Shown in pieces: positions 1 through 14,700 of a stretch of DNA of 64,000 bases. Source of the DNA: Ophelia neglecta (taxonomy: Eukaryota); NCBI GenBank assembly GCA_965285935.1, contig OZ260662.1, positions 63,364,001 through 63,428,000 on the forward strand. Direction: 5' to 3'. Position numbers and translations under genes: made by a program. The number at the start of each line of letters is the position of its first letter. The first letter of the stretch is position 1. The notes under the pieces were generated by a model. That model was not told where the DNA came from and ran no database searches. It saw only the letters and a program-made list of their open reading frames with translations.

Positions 1-3000
1 GATAAGATCAGACAGGCATCCAGCCATCATTTTGTACTGGTTGTTGCCTATTCACAACTTAACTGCTGCAATTCACTTTTCATTATGAAAGCCCGCTCAG
101 ACCAGATTTCTGTCCCAGGTGTAATGTCGTCAGGCAGATTTCTACCTTTAAACTTTGAAAAGGATGTGATCTTTGGATGAACCTTTCAAAGTGAAATGTT
201 TACTGAACGCGGAGGACATCCGCTGAAATTCAGATGATTTGTTCATAATGGACTACTTATTGTCCATCAACAGCTAATCGCCTTTTTCATGACAGGCAAC
301 TAGCTGGACAAGTTTTAGGGTAGCGGAGGTGGGGGACTCTCCATTGTAGAAAAGACTCGGGCATTGAAATCAATATATAGGAGAGATTCAATGAATGCAT
401 TCTGGCTCTATTGGTGAGTGGTGTTAGAAAAATAAAAGCTGTTCTGACTACATGGCCTTTTGAATCCTAGGTTTTTATGATAGCAGTGGGAACGTGGGGT
501 GGTGACACTCTCCCACATTTTGTCCATTTCCTATTGACCAAAATTGAAGTATATTTCAGTATTCAGGAGCAGAAGGAAGGCTTGTGACAAACAGACAGGA
601 TATCATCGTTTGTGATTTTCTCATTGCTTTAACTTTTGAACAAAGATTAAGAACTATGGAATCTTAGAGTAGAGTTATCACTAGCATTAGAACTATCTAG
701 GAAGGTTCCATACATGAACCAAATCACCAATCTGGTCGGAACTCTTTTAACTCAAGAGGCACTTTTTATCCCCTCCCTTCTGCTTTTATTCGTGATGTTT
801 ATAATGTCCCAAAGTGAAAATCCCGCAATTGTTTGTGAAGTTATGATGGCCACCGAAAATCACTTTACTACTCACGTACATGAAAACTTGATTTGGTCTA
901 TGTTTGGTTCACAGTTTTAAAAATCCGTGAATGTACATTGTTCCTTAAAAATGTTCATATCCTTGCCCAGCTATGAATTATCTTCAAATACCTCTTTTAT
1001 TATTACACCCATCTTATTGAATCATCTGTATGATATATTTAGTGTTATGATAAGCAATAATAAATTGCATTAATAGCAACTGGCTTCCCGCAATAATCTA
1101 TCAATAGAAAGAGAATACTAAAAAAAGCACAGTTTTCATTTATACACTAACATACTTGGTATATAAATAGCCTAGTATTGCATGTTATTTGTATTATTTG
1201 TTAGGTATTAACTTGTCCGGACATGAGAGGCTCCTAGAAGTTAGTATGTAAAGTTATACATGTATGTAAGAGATCTTGCTAAGTAATTGTATGTGGACAA
1301 AGAGGTGTTTAGGTAGAGACTGTGGGAGTCCTCTTTAGACAAGCAGGGATGTTATTATCTCTAAAATGATACCAGCTTAAAACTGATATTATGTCAGAGA
1401 AATACTGTTGATTGGAAATAAATCACTGAACAATTTAACAGTATTGTTCAGGATTATGGAGCAGCTTAAAGGAGCCCTCCCCAGGGCCACTCCATTTCAC
1501 ACAATCCCCATTGACAACCAAGCTGCTTAGAGTCTGTAATTGTACTGGTATTAAATAAGTTTGTCAGGACACTTCAAATTATCCTCAGTTTACATTGGTA
1601 CAGGTAATAAGTTAAAAGACAATTCAGTGTTATTGACAAGTCCATTCTTGTCAGTGTTGATTGCCTTTTTGATAGAATTTCCCCCAATTTTTAGGATTGC
1701 AGACGGGTACATGTGGTGGTTCCTGCTTAGAAACCTGCCACTCTAAATACAACCGTTGTTGATAGATCTGGCATCCCTGGCCTATTGTTCACAATCACCA
1801 TCTCCAAGTACCCCCAGGGCAATGATTTCAAGTAATTTTGTGTGAATTAAGCATGCTTCTTTCCATTTAGTTTTCACACTAATAAAACACCATCTCCTCC
1901 CCATAAAGCCGCCACCACAATGACTAAATCATCAAATTGCTGTAGCCTGGGAAATCTATGAAATTTTGTCAAATGTAGCACCAGAGTTCCCAAGTCAATG
2001 GGAAAAGGGGATCCTCTATTGTCAGTCTAGCTCAATCAGATTGTTACCTGTGATTCGTTAGCAGGAATTACTTGGTCATTTATATCCTCTAATGGTGACA
2101 TCCGCAGCTAGATTACACTTAAATTGAAAAACTTGTCTGCTAAATTGATTTTGGTCAATTTAGACAATTTATGATGTTAAGGTATTTACTAAAAGTTGCA
2201 GATATAATCAGCAGGGCACCTGTCTACTCGTGGTTACAATCTTTAACCATCCTGATTAAACACAAAGGTGCACATCTTACCTGAATGGTTCATCACTAGT
2301 TCTAAAGGTACATACATATGCTTCAGGTACATTTGGAATTATATACTTTGTTAAAGTCATGTTAAACTTTGTTTGAATCTTGGAAATAGCTCAATTGGCA
2401 TTCTTCTTTGCTTGTTTTATTTATATATATGTTTTTTTTTTCATTTTTCTATCTGTCTGGGTTGGTCTTGAGTGTTGTAATGTTGATGCTAGCTATCATT
2501 GCCAAATGGCATGGCCCCCTAGTGTGTTGGCAGACAAGGGCTTTACTCTCCCCAGCCCCTATAGTGGTTCTCCCTGGTCTGTTTGTCAGTTTAAGCTGGG
2601 AGCTGTCCACAACACCCTCTTCATGTCAGTATCCCTAGTTGCCCAGGACAATACATTTGTATTGATGGCCAAATCAGGTTGACAGAGCACACCAATGATT
2701 GTCAATGCTTCTTATCCTGCAGGTGTCCACAGCGGAAGATTCAGCACAATGTTCACTATCTTGGCTCTTCAGCCAATCAAATTTGAAGCCAGAAGAACCC
2801 TTTATGCCACTTGAAGTGACAACATTTGCTCATTTCTATCCCCCACGTGCAATCCTTTACAAATAGTTGCATGTTGTTATATGAGTGCTCAGATGCCGGG
2901 TGTGTGTGCTGGGCTGGCTTTGTCCTTGCTCAGAAAGGTCAAGTCATGAAGAGGGGTTAATAACAGAGGTTGTTGGTATTCTGCTGTGATTAATTGTTAG

Positions 3001-5626
3001 AGGCCATAGCTACTCATATCCCTCTCTAACTAAGCTGCTTTCAACACAATAAGCATCTTGGCTTTGTTTTGGGTGTATGGACCACTCGGCTTATCATTCC
3101 GTTTGACTAGCAGTTTTCCATTCCCTGCCCAGAATACGGTCAATATTACCATGATATCTCCATCAAGTGGTGAGAGAGAGCTTATTGCATAAAGATATTA
3201 ATTAACGCAATGTCATTTTGTTATCTAATGTAGCAAGATCAGTCTGTCCATTATAAGAAATTGTCGATTATTAATTTGATTGATGCATGTTTAAACTAGG
3301 AACTGCCATTTCTGTTTAATCACAATTCCACGGAAGTCTCAATAAAACAATTCAGGTGATTGATGAGCCTGCCAAGAAGTATGAAGAAAACATGGATGAA
3401 ATGCTGTCAAATTTCATATCCCCACGCAAGAATGCCAGCGAGTGGGGTTCTTAAGGCTTTGAGTATGGTGCTAGATAAAGGGGACCCCGGGGACTCTTGC
3501 TCTGCTGCCCGTTTTGATCCACACCTCTGTATGCAGCCTGAGTGATGATGTGAGCACTATTCTTCACAAAGTGATATTATTCCCTGGGCTCAGAAATCAA
3601 CACAGGCTGGCAGAGACATTGTGGTCCTTATTAATTAACTATGTGGACCAAGTGAGTTTAATACAGACCTGCCTCGTCTGTGCTGACTTCGTAATGGGGC
3701 AATATTTCTGGGGGCCAAAGGTGACGGGCGCTTAATAAAAATAACCAGAGAATTACACCTGATTTGCATGCCGTGTCAGCATCTTTTGCTATTGCGATAG
3801 ATCAGTGCAATGGGCATTTCTCATAAATTGGTGAAGGCAGAGAAATGTTATCCTCAGGGGTACAGGGGAATATGTTCATGGGGTGGGGACTGTGCCCATC
3901 CATCACCCAACAACGGCGACTGGCTGATTGCCGTGGGGATTCAGCGGGCATAGATCAGGGTGTTGAAGAGGCAGCCTCGACGGGAACACGAAGGAGGAGG
4001 GATCAGCGCTTTAGCCACAAGCCTTACACCTAGTCAAGCGTGGAACAGTCAGTTCATCAGATGTATCAAGAGAGCTTTTAGCTTTGACGGATGATCAACT
4101 GGCTTGAGACCTCCATCATATGAGTGTCAAAGGTTGTGCTCCAGCCACCAAATAACTAATCTTCCTTGGACTTCCAATCTGCACCAATCATTCATTGATG
4201 TTCATCCACCAGTGCAATCCATGTGTTCTTAGCCCAATGCACATTTCATATTTCATCTCCAAATGCCAATATTGTGTTAGGGGCAAGTTGTCTTGGGTAA
4301 TCTCGCGCAAAGGATCACGACACCTGGGCCTCTAAGTGTGCTCTCTCCCCAATAACATTGCCCTGCCTAATGCCCTGCACATCAGAAGTCAGCTCAGGCC
4401 CCCAATGCTCCAGCACAGCAGATATATTTGATGCATTTGAACCTTTTTCCGGGTGATTTCTCCCAGTCTTCACCTCCCATTCCTTATTGACTCCTGGAGC
4501 AGCATGAGGTCATAACTCAGAGACAAATATGAAATGTTCCAGCTCAGTCTTTGTCTCTCAGTCCTGTGTCCACCATACATCATCTGTCCACAACTGATCC
4601 CCATAATACATAATTATCACACTTTCACCATCAAAATTATAGGGTCTCTGAAAATTTTATGAATTACAGAAATCATGGTGACTGGTTGATTGAGTGAGTG
4701 GATGAATTCTGTGGCCTTCCACCATGCTTCAGTGGCGTCTCTATCTCAACAAATCTGTGTCTTCGTTAATATTTAACTCTATTTGAGATTGACTGGGTAC
4801 TGGTTGTAATGGCAGATCAGAGTGATATCTAGGCGTGATATATTGTTATTGATCTTAAGATGGTGTTGGCCAGAGAAAGTGTCCCTGCTAACAGAAGACA
4901 TCTGCCCACCGAGCTGTCTGCTGTGGGCTGTGTCTCCTTGACGATGTCTGCCGAGCGATTGCTCGGTTGTCTCTGATTCCTGCCAGAACAAATGATACCT
5001 GTTTGTGAAGAGTGATGACACTTCAAAAGGAATGACAGAGCGATTTCTCGGAAACCAGACCTCGGAAACTTGATCAGAATTCAAATAGAGGAGCCCCTCA
5101 AGCTTGTTTGTCTTGTAGTGGTCTGAGTGTGCCGGGAAGGTGATCAGTGACAGGGTCCAGGCCCTCTCCTCCTGTCATATCTTCTGCTGTTCTCTCCCTG
5201 ATGGGCCTCAATGCCTCAATCGCATGGAGTTCCAGATGGACAATATTGGTTATTTCTTCAAGCTTGAATCTTTTTTGTATATATTGAAGAAGTGTTTTCT
5301 TTTATCAGGTACAACAATTTTTGAGATTAATTAGCCATGTAGAAATGTAAGCCATGCTTAAATAAACAAGATGGCTATCGTACATTATATACTCTGGTGG
5401 ATTTTATGTTCAGCTACTTACATGTACAAACATCAAATGATAATCTCTCATTCAATGCAATGTGTATATAATTATATGCACCTGATTTTGACAGGACATG
5501 GTACTGCTTTTTATAAATTCCATGCCATGTTATTTCTTTCATTAGTTAAGTATTGCTTTGATATGAGTTGGTAAGTCTGGCTTTTTATGATTAAACTAAC
5601 CTGATTTAAAAATGATATATTTTCAG

Positions 5627-5761
5627 TTGGTGGATGACTTTGGCAAGGTAAAAGGCTGGATTGATGCCAGTGAGCAAGGTGCAGGCAATTGGATGAAGTA
5701 CATTCGCAGTTCACAGGAACCGGCTCAACAAAACGTCATGGCAGTTCAAGTGCAAGACCAG
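5627..5761 (+). CDS. PRDM3/16: PRDM3/16 exon: PR/SET domain ([45 protein letters not shown])
   Basis: tttcag acceptor, gtagga donor, 135 nt, phase 0/0. [14 protein letters not shown] is the PR-domain signature. Not in the supplied ORF track. Confidence 0.93.
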
Positions 5762-8700
5762 GTAGGAGGCTCATAGTGTCTTACATTGAAATACACACAC
5801 ACAAAACACCAGTAGCAAGTAAAATTAAACCTTAGAGTATACATGTACGTCTGCTGTAGTGGGGGTCCAAAACATTTGTTCTTGTGGATCTAATCAGGAC
5901 TAACTTTTTTCATTTTAAATTCTTTAGTACTAATTGTTTCCTCATTTCAATGAGAGGAAAAGAAAAGTGTACATTATGAAAGTATAGTAAGAATGCTGTA
6001 TAATAGACCCAGCATGTTTTTGTTGTTAATATAGTAGCAGACCTTGGCTGTATCTTTATTTAGTAGAGGGCCAGTCAGAAGTCATGTCAAGGCAGATGAC
6101 TTTTAATAAAACACACTGCTAAAAAAATAGTTAGATGACATTGATGTAGGTAGTCTTGTTGTTCTGACTTCACTTGTTCATCCGTCAGTGTTCAGATGTG
6201 AGTGGTGTTAGGAATCATGCTGGCTAGTTTAGGGAAATTAATTAGCCTGCCCGTGTACTTAGAAACTGATTGATATTGCTTTCTCATATCTTCTTCAAGT
6301 GACATTTTTATATTTTTGATGTTTATATTGACACTTGGTATCCAAGGAACATGAACATCCACATTCATCTGTCACCAGTTGATATCATTTATATAAAGGG
6401 CAGCCATTTAGGAGACACCCGGGACGATCCGTGGGGTCTGGGTTTACACCCTACTTTGACTTTGTATAGTAATCACCTGCTAGTTTAGGTAATTCTTATA
6501 AAATGACTACCCAAGCATGCTCAATCCTGTCTTCTCAGTCATTTTCTTTTAGGGCCAGGAAAAATAGATGCATTTTTATACTCTTGTAAAATTAAAGTTC
6601 CTTTCACAGCACATTCCAATATTTTGTTCAAGTTGCACATCAACTCTATAGGTGGTGTCATCAGGAATTGTGCACGTGTCGGCTTGCTAAGTTTCCACAA
6701 TGGTGCAAATGCTCCACGGTCATCATGTCTAATGGGCTCTATTTGAAGCCATCTTTAACAAATGCTACCAAATATCTTATTTAGCCAACTGTGAATAGCA
6801 GTCATCTGGCTGGCTTCATCTGTCAGCAGTAGCCGCTGGTCTCGGCACTAAACACCGCTTCTATACACTATCATTCCTTAGGACTTGTTTCCAAATGAAG
6901 TATTTGCAATAGTATTTAAGCCTTTATCAGGTGATTTGATAATACTAGTGATTTTGGTCATGAATTTTTGTAATTATTTAAATGTAGCCTGAAGCTTTAA
7001 ATGTTGTTCTTCCAGTTAGAAGGTTGGTGGTTGGTAACAAATAGAGCCATGGCCTCCAGGTAGTTATGGTTGCCCCCCAGTTGGAGAGTGAGATTTGGGG
7101 CTGGTATTAACAAGAGAAGACCCTGTAATTACCCTGTGTGGCCCAGCATGGTCAGGGAGAGGGGGTCCTGCACTGCCCCCAGGCAACCAATATGACCACA
7201 CCTTTGACAGTAAAACTGAATGGGCATAGAGGGAAAGTAGCCCGATGGCCAGTCAGAAATGTGATGAGCCTGAGAAGATGAGGTCTCGTGTGCTTCACAA
7301 GCCTGTCTTTGTCTCCATGTGTGGTGTGATGCTCTCACACATCAAACGAACATTCCTTTTAATTAACCTAGCACTTGACACTTTAGCATCGGCAGGTATC
7401 CAAAATTGTCATGTCTGCACATCAGTACATCCCATGTCTGCCCATGAAACCTCTCCCAATCAGAAAATCTATGAAAGGGTTTTGGCTTCTGCCAAGGCTT
7501 GAACTCAAAGGACTATACACCTAAATGTCACATCATCTCAGTGGGCAGATTTCTTCTCCGACATTGATGTTAGTTAGCCCCAAAGGAAGTGTCTAATTCA
7601 CTCCCGGTGCTGTCACACAAAGTCAGATCATGAGAAGCACAATATTTCCAGACTTCTGAAAGTACGTTGCTTGTATTTTGAGCAAATGTATCACGATCAC
7701 TGTCGTGGGTACAGGCAGGAAATGCCTTTCAGGATGGTGATGGAAAGAAGCCTGGGCAAATTGCTGAAAGGAGGGAGTAATTCTTACTGAGAGGAGGTAT
7801 TGTGGTGCATTAAACATAATTAACCTGCCCACGGTGACAAAAAGCCTGGAACATCATGTGGCGTGGCCATCGGAAAAGCCATTGTGCTTTGTTGGGAATC
7901 GGATACAGGAGACAGGCAAAGGTTGGCATGGTGGCAGGGTGACTGCCGATGATCTCCAATAGTTCATAGCTGCTGATCTGTTAGAGCTGCAGGTGGGGTA
8001 ACAGACACCACCCCCCTAGACGGACAATCATTAAAACACTCCCCACCTACTACCTCCCACCTATAGAGCACCGTATAGCCAACTCTTACCATTACAATTA
8101 GAAACTTGTATTCTTACATAACCAGGAAACTCTAAGATTTAATTGAATGTAATTATCAGTTCAGCATGTGTTAACTACTTTAACAATCAGACTTAAAATG
8201 TGTTTAAATTCCTTCCCATTTGGTGACATCTATTTTATTTTCATTTTGTAGATATTGCTGGAATTTAAATAACATTAAATCCTGAATGACTTTGCTGCAA
8301 TGTATCCATGTATATAGATGTCTCTGTGTAGAGAGAGTTCAGTTCATAAGGCCACTTTGGCCTCTCAGAATTGACACCATTTATCCAGGCCAGTTGTCTG
8401 CAACATTTGATCTAGGATTTACCCTCTGTACATGCTTTACTGACCCCATCCTAGCAACTTGATACCAACGGGAAACATCTCTCTGTCTTCTGCCTTATGG
8501 CTAGCTGTAGTTAACCATGACAGTGACATCTCTCTCCTGGTAAGACAATGGGAGCTGACATCCCTGTTTGTAACACACAATGTCCTGACACCCCCTGATG
8601 TGAGGGACCCCCCCTACTGTCCAAGGCAGATGGGGGAACCCATCAATCACCAGCAAACCAGCTCTCTCTATTGCTTTATATCCTTGAAGGTGCACAAAAT

Positions 8701-11700
8701 GGAAGCAAGTCAGGCCCGTTAAATACCCCGAATCCCTAGCAGGACAGTTACCTGATGATCATGATGTGGAAGGTCGGAATTTCAGAATAGAGATGTCATC
8801 ATTATAAATTCATTAGGCAATGATCACATTGAATGGTGTCTGCAGCATCCCACCGGGTGTTTGTCAGTCTATGGTCAGACATTTTGTTTGTGATCAAACA
8901 CCATAATCTGATAATTATTAGTTATAGTATGCAGTGTATGTCTTATTTTCATGACCAAATATTCTTTGCTGTTTTGTAAACTGGATGTAAGAGCTAGACA
9001 TTGTCTTTTCTGTTTGTAGGTGTATTACAAGTCGGTGCGTGACCTGCAGCCTGGAGAGGAGATGCTGCTCTATGCCAGAGATGCTGTCTACCCTGAGAAA
9101 GACCTAGATTGCATTAAAAATTATGTGGAAGGTAAGTGTCCAGTCCTGTAATACTACATCAAACTGACTCTAAGATTTAAAAGACATTACTTACTAACAT
9201 ACTTAAGATTGACAGCCTAAATAATTTCTGTATTTATCTTTCATATTAATAAAACTTATTGCTTAAGAATTGAAGTACATTCATTTGGTTAATTAATAAC
9301 CCACACTTTATTTCTGGGCTGACTGATTGACTTAACTACTGAGGGACTAATTGTTATGCCACTGGTTGGTATCAATCATAATCTTTTTCTATTGATTTGC
9401 CATGTTCAGTTTACTGGGGGGCAGTCACTAAACGTCCTATTAGTCAAGGCCAGAAAGTGTAAATGTGATCACTCAGACAATATTTACCAAGAAAATGACC
9501 TAACAGCGACTGTGGTGGGCACAGATTTGAATTCTTGTTTGCTGATTGTAATCCGGGGAAGTCTCCAAAACACTGTGCTGGCTGTTCAGACCCAGTCTCT
9601 TCAAGAGCAGCGTATTTATCCTAAAATATAATTGTCTTTATTATTTGTGAATCAGTAGTCCTTATGGGCTGCAATTTATATTTTTCAGAATATAACCTGA
9701 TTATCAAGATACATGTAATCCAGGTTTATTGCCATTACTGACTTATATGACATTGATTTTGGAAAAGCAACCCCCCCCCCCCCCCCCCGCCTCCAATTTT
9801 ATATGGTAATAACTACATCACTGGCTACAGGCGTAAATTTTCAAGAACTGATTCCACTTTTGATATAAGACTAAAAGTCATGGTCATTAGAAAAAGATGC
9901 TATAAACAGTTAATCCAACTCAGAGTGTATCACAAGTTCAATTAATTGATAACTTTAGTTGTAAATCTGCTTAATATGTAAACTATTCTGAACAGAGGTG
10001 TAGATAAAGTTTAATTCAAGTTAATGTTGCAAAAACCTATTCAGAATGCTGTATCATAACAATTACTTTGAAGGGATGGGAAAACAGACTCCAGGCTTGT
10101 TTGAAAGACATTCTTGCCGGTAAAATTGTATGATCTGCATTTAGTTAATACACCACTTTTTGTATAGTATTCATGTCAGATATACAACTCCCTATTGTAA
10201 AATGTCTAGGGGAGGCATAAGAATTTGAATGAACTCTTTAATTTACCATATAGTTTAATGTTAGTGTCAAAGGACAGGAAGACTACCCAGGGTAAATGCT
10301 GGTTTCACATGTCAGATGACTGATTTACATTTGTCTTAACTAACCTCCTACACAGTCAAGTGAAAAGCAGCTAGGCGTTCTCATCATTTTTTCAGTCCAT
10401 GATAGAAGTATGCCAGTGATGTTCAAAGATGTGCACGCGGGTATATCTTAGGTGCCATCAATAAGATACGGGCTCTATCTTAAACCAGCATGTTATTATA
10501 TCCTCCTCGGTACAAGTTTTTAAATTCAACTGCATAGTTAAAAACCATTATCTAGACAACATTTCAAGTATGAATTATGACATGAGCAATCTTGCCATAT
10601 TTAAACCATCATTTTATTTGGTCGACATCCTAGGACAAAGCATTAGTGGGTTGTTACAGCGGATAATGTCCTGATCTATTATTAAGTAGAGATAATTTGA
10701 TGTTTTGAGAGTAATTGTGTGTGCCAGGTTGTTGCTAGGTGTAATTCTCCCTTCCACCTGTCTTTAAGATTGTTATACATGTCTGGTGGGTGCGTTTTAC
10801 CTTGCATGACGAAGCAAACTTGACAAGACTACTCTCATTACCAGAAAATATGATGGACGCTGGCTCACATCTGGTTCATGACAATCACTCAGTTTGTCTA
10901 ATCTTTATTTTGAGGTAATTATGTTTAATAATGATAAATGTGTGAGGAAGTTTCTTTCATGCACTTACATGTACATGTAATGTGTGGCAGCTCAGCTCAG
11001 TAGCTTGTATCCAATATCAAGGTAACACTAGCCAAGATTTATGTACATCCACCACCACATCCTGGGTGTAGGGAATGTGATCGGCCCTTTTTTGTAAATG
11101 ATCATATTAAGTTTGTCAATGATGTGTGGTTTAGCCAGGTGATCCATGCAGTCAATTTCCACTTTCATTCACTGTGACTAGGACCAACATAAACCAAATT
11201 ACATTTGTCGGTTTTGCGGGTTAAATCACAGTTGTCTTCGGGGAGGATGGGTGGTAGATTCTAATGTTCTTCCCCCCACCCCACCCGCAGCACAAGCCAG
11301 GGTAGAGCCTCAACTCGCCTGGGTCTACTCGCTGTCCCTGGGGCTTGCCTGCTCCTCACCCCACCCCCTGATAAACATTACAGACATGATGCCCATATTT
11401 TTTGAAATGATTGCAAATTGTTCAGATTAGTTTCTAGAAACAATCACTATTGCAATAATTTCATGACAGGTTGCATGTGGGGGGACTGCTGGGTCATAGG
11501 TCAACTTAATTTTGCAAACAGCATGGCTAGAATAGAGCTGTTCAATTAGAAAGCATAGGCCAAAGGTAATGAATGACACCATTAGGATGATGGATGAAGG
11601 CAGACAGGATTGCTGTTATCCTACTTTGGGCAGGGGATTTCAGAAACATCAAGCGTGTACAGCTTAAAGTGTGCTGGACACTCTTTCTGTCTTCTTAACT

Positions 11701-14700
11701 ATCAATTATGAGTCGAGGGAATGCTTACTTTTATGATTAAGCCCATATGCATGACTTGTCTGCAAATTGACTGGACAACTAAATTAAAGGTGATGATTAT
11801 GATCACTGCCCATGGGTCAACCTTGTCAATTTTCGATTGCATACGAGTGAAAAAGGGGAAATAAATAAATAAATAGTTTAATTTCGAGTCTTTTGTATAG
11901 TCACACTGTCAAAGCATTCTTTTGTTAAATGATAACTGTCTGCCCCTTCTACTAGGTCCTTGTTTCCCTGGACAAAGAAATAAAGGTGAGGCTTCTGTGT
12001 TCTGATAGAAACTGATTGTGTTTGATGAGGTGGGTCTCCTTGGAGGGTAGATGGTGTCTTGAGATCTCTGTGGGTCACTGATAGACTTGTTTTGTTCCCT
12101 ATCTCAGGTACCACACATCCCTCTGTCCTCAACAGCAGGCTTCTCCGTTTGAACACCCTGTACCTCTTCCTTGTTCTGCTATAAATTAGAACCCTTCTAA
12201 ATCTTCTTAAAGAACTATCCCAGATTGCAATCAAACCTGGGGACAGTCATGTACAAACTGTGTATTGCTAACTTTCAAATGGGTCCTTAATTAGCCCACT
12301 ATAAATGAAAATTAGTAACACAATAGTGGTGCTGATGTGCTTCCAAAATTATTGTGCATGTCAGTATTCACTGAAATAAATGTGTAAACCTTTAAAGAAA
12401 TGAAACTATTTATGCTTCGAATGAAGTGCACTAGAATATGTATTCATGTGATATATAAATATGTAGTTATCTGCTATCAAGTCTGACTGGGGGCTGCTTG
12501 CATTCCTACCCCCCTCAGGCCTCTACACCCATTTTACTTTACTGGACCAGAATTAAACAATGATTAGTATTTAATGAGTTAAATCCCCTGGCCCCCAAGC
12601 CTCCAGTCTTGTTTTGTGATCCTGCTCAGGGGAAGAGGTTTGCAGCCCTGAGGCCAGTATGGCTCAGTTATACTGTTAATGACTTCTCCCTATTCATCTT
12701 TGATATCTTTCCCCCTGATTTGTACTTGAGAGCCCCAGCTGTAAAGCGTGACCAAAGCCTGATCCCTGGCAGGTACATCTCTCAGAGAACCATTCCTGGA
12801 ACTGGACAGCCCTCTCTTTGATGTACAAATACATGTTCCAGCTCCTGGCCTTCTCTGATACCCCACACAATCACAGGCTCTCCTGCCCAGACATTTGGGC
12901 CTCATAGTGTATTGAATATATATATAATATTCCAAAATCTTGAGGATTTAATATTTATTTACTTACCAATAATAAATATTAATCCAACATTGATACTAAG
13001 TTTTTATTAACTTTTCAAATTTCTTTCGTTGTTTCAAGGGACTTTACTGTCCAGATGAAATGCACTTTTCCTTCCCATCATGCACTTTGTCGTGTGATGT
13101 TGATTATTTTTCAGCTCTCAGGTAGATATACATATACAGGTAACACAGTGACGGGTTTAACATACAGGATGCTTGTATCCAAGTGTCACACTTCTTTATT
13201 TGTGATGAGCAAACAGACTCTAATATCTCCAAATCAGTTGGATCTACTGTATAATATGACTTATTCTGTACTATAAGGACCCGCTTCCTTCTTGAATACA
13301 AGTGATTTATCTGTACTATATTAGATGTCAGTCAAATGGTGCATTTATTGAACAAAGCTCAACTTTAACTGTCTGAATGTGGTAGGTATGTTGACTTCTC
13401 TACAGTTTACACTGTCATTATCTGACTAAGTGGATAGCCTGCTGGAGTGGGGATGAGCCTGTTTATCTATTTAGTTATCTGTGGGGAGCAAACACAGTGC
13501 ATCCCACTACAGCTGTCCACTCAGCCTCTTGGATTGGCTGGTGGCTGGGAAGAGGCAGGTGCCTTCTCTACCACAGATAGCTCACCTAATTATGTGTGCA
13601 TCTCATTAATTTATGATGGCACAATGTCTTCTAGGCATATTGCCCGTGTGACTGGAAACAATAGCTTTGCCCGCTCAATTCATCACTCATTATTAGCAGA
13701 GATAATCCAGAAACTGTATTCATATAGAACTGTGAGATAGAGAGAGAGAGAGAAATGGGGGGGGGGACTTGTAGTGATCATTACATATTAATGTAGTTGC
13801 TCTTCCAATGATATAAGACACTGTAATACATATTTTATATCTAATAGATTCTATTGCTTAAGTCATAGTATTGGATTATGGTAATTGGTACAAGAAGACT
13901 TGCTACCCTGACAATGTAGAAGCTAATTAGGCTGAGGCACACTTAACAGTGCTGTGTCTAATGATGGCAGTCTGCTGTGTCTGCAGGCTAATGACAGGGA
14001 CATGCAGACAAGATGATGAGCTGATGATATGGACAATTAAGAACATCTTATCTATGTTAGTAAATCACTGATAGATCACACATCTACAAGGACTGTGAGT
14101 CCAGATCCTGAGATCAGAGGGGTGCTTGGGGCTGCAGGGTGACCAGCCCTGGGGTCCAGAAATCTCTGGGCCTCATATCCCTGCTGGAGTCCCCCAGTTC
14201 TGATGCTGAGAGTCACTGTAGTAGATTGGCTGGTAATTGAGACAACTCTTGTCAGTTGTGTCATAAGGTTTTGGCTTGTTGCCTAATGGCATAATTTTGA
14301 GAAATGGCATCATAAACAAAGAATGATAACATGTAAGGCGCGGCATGATTCAACGTATAATTTGAAATACCACCTTTAATAGACAACGTGAAAAAGTAGT
14401 GAAAAAACTGTGATCAAAGTGACAAGGGAAAATATGATGGACTCCCTTTTGCAATGCAATCAGTTTTGAAATTAAAATCTTTGCCTAAAATTTCCAATGG
14501 TATGACACCTCTTTGTTTTCAGGTACTGTTTTCTATTGGTAGACTCATATTTAACAATGACATTTGTTATCCGGCTCTTTCTGCTACAACCAACCTGCAA
14601 TCTCACATACTCACTTGGATCAGTGTCACAAAACAATTCAGCCACATTTGTGACATTACATTTTTCACAGAATCAATGCCTTAATGAAATTCTTCCCAGC

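Noticed and set aside
7274-7282. GAAGATGAG (EVI1 C-terminal finger consensus) and GACAAGAT near 14007 as autoregulatory sites
   Set aside because: Single short matches are expected by chance in 64 kb
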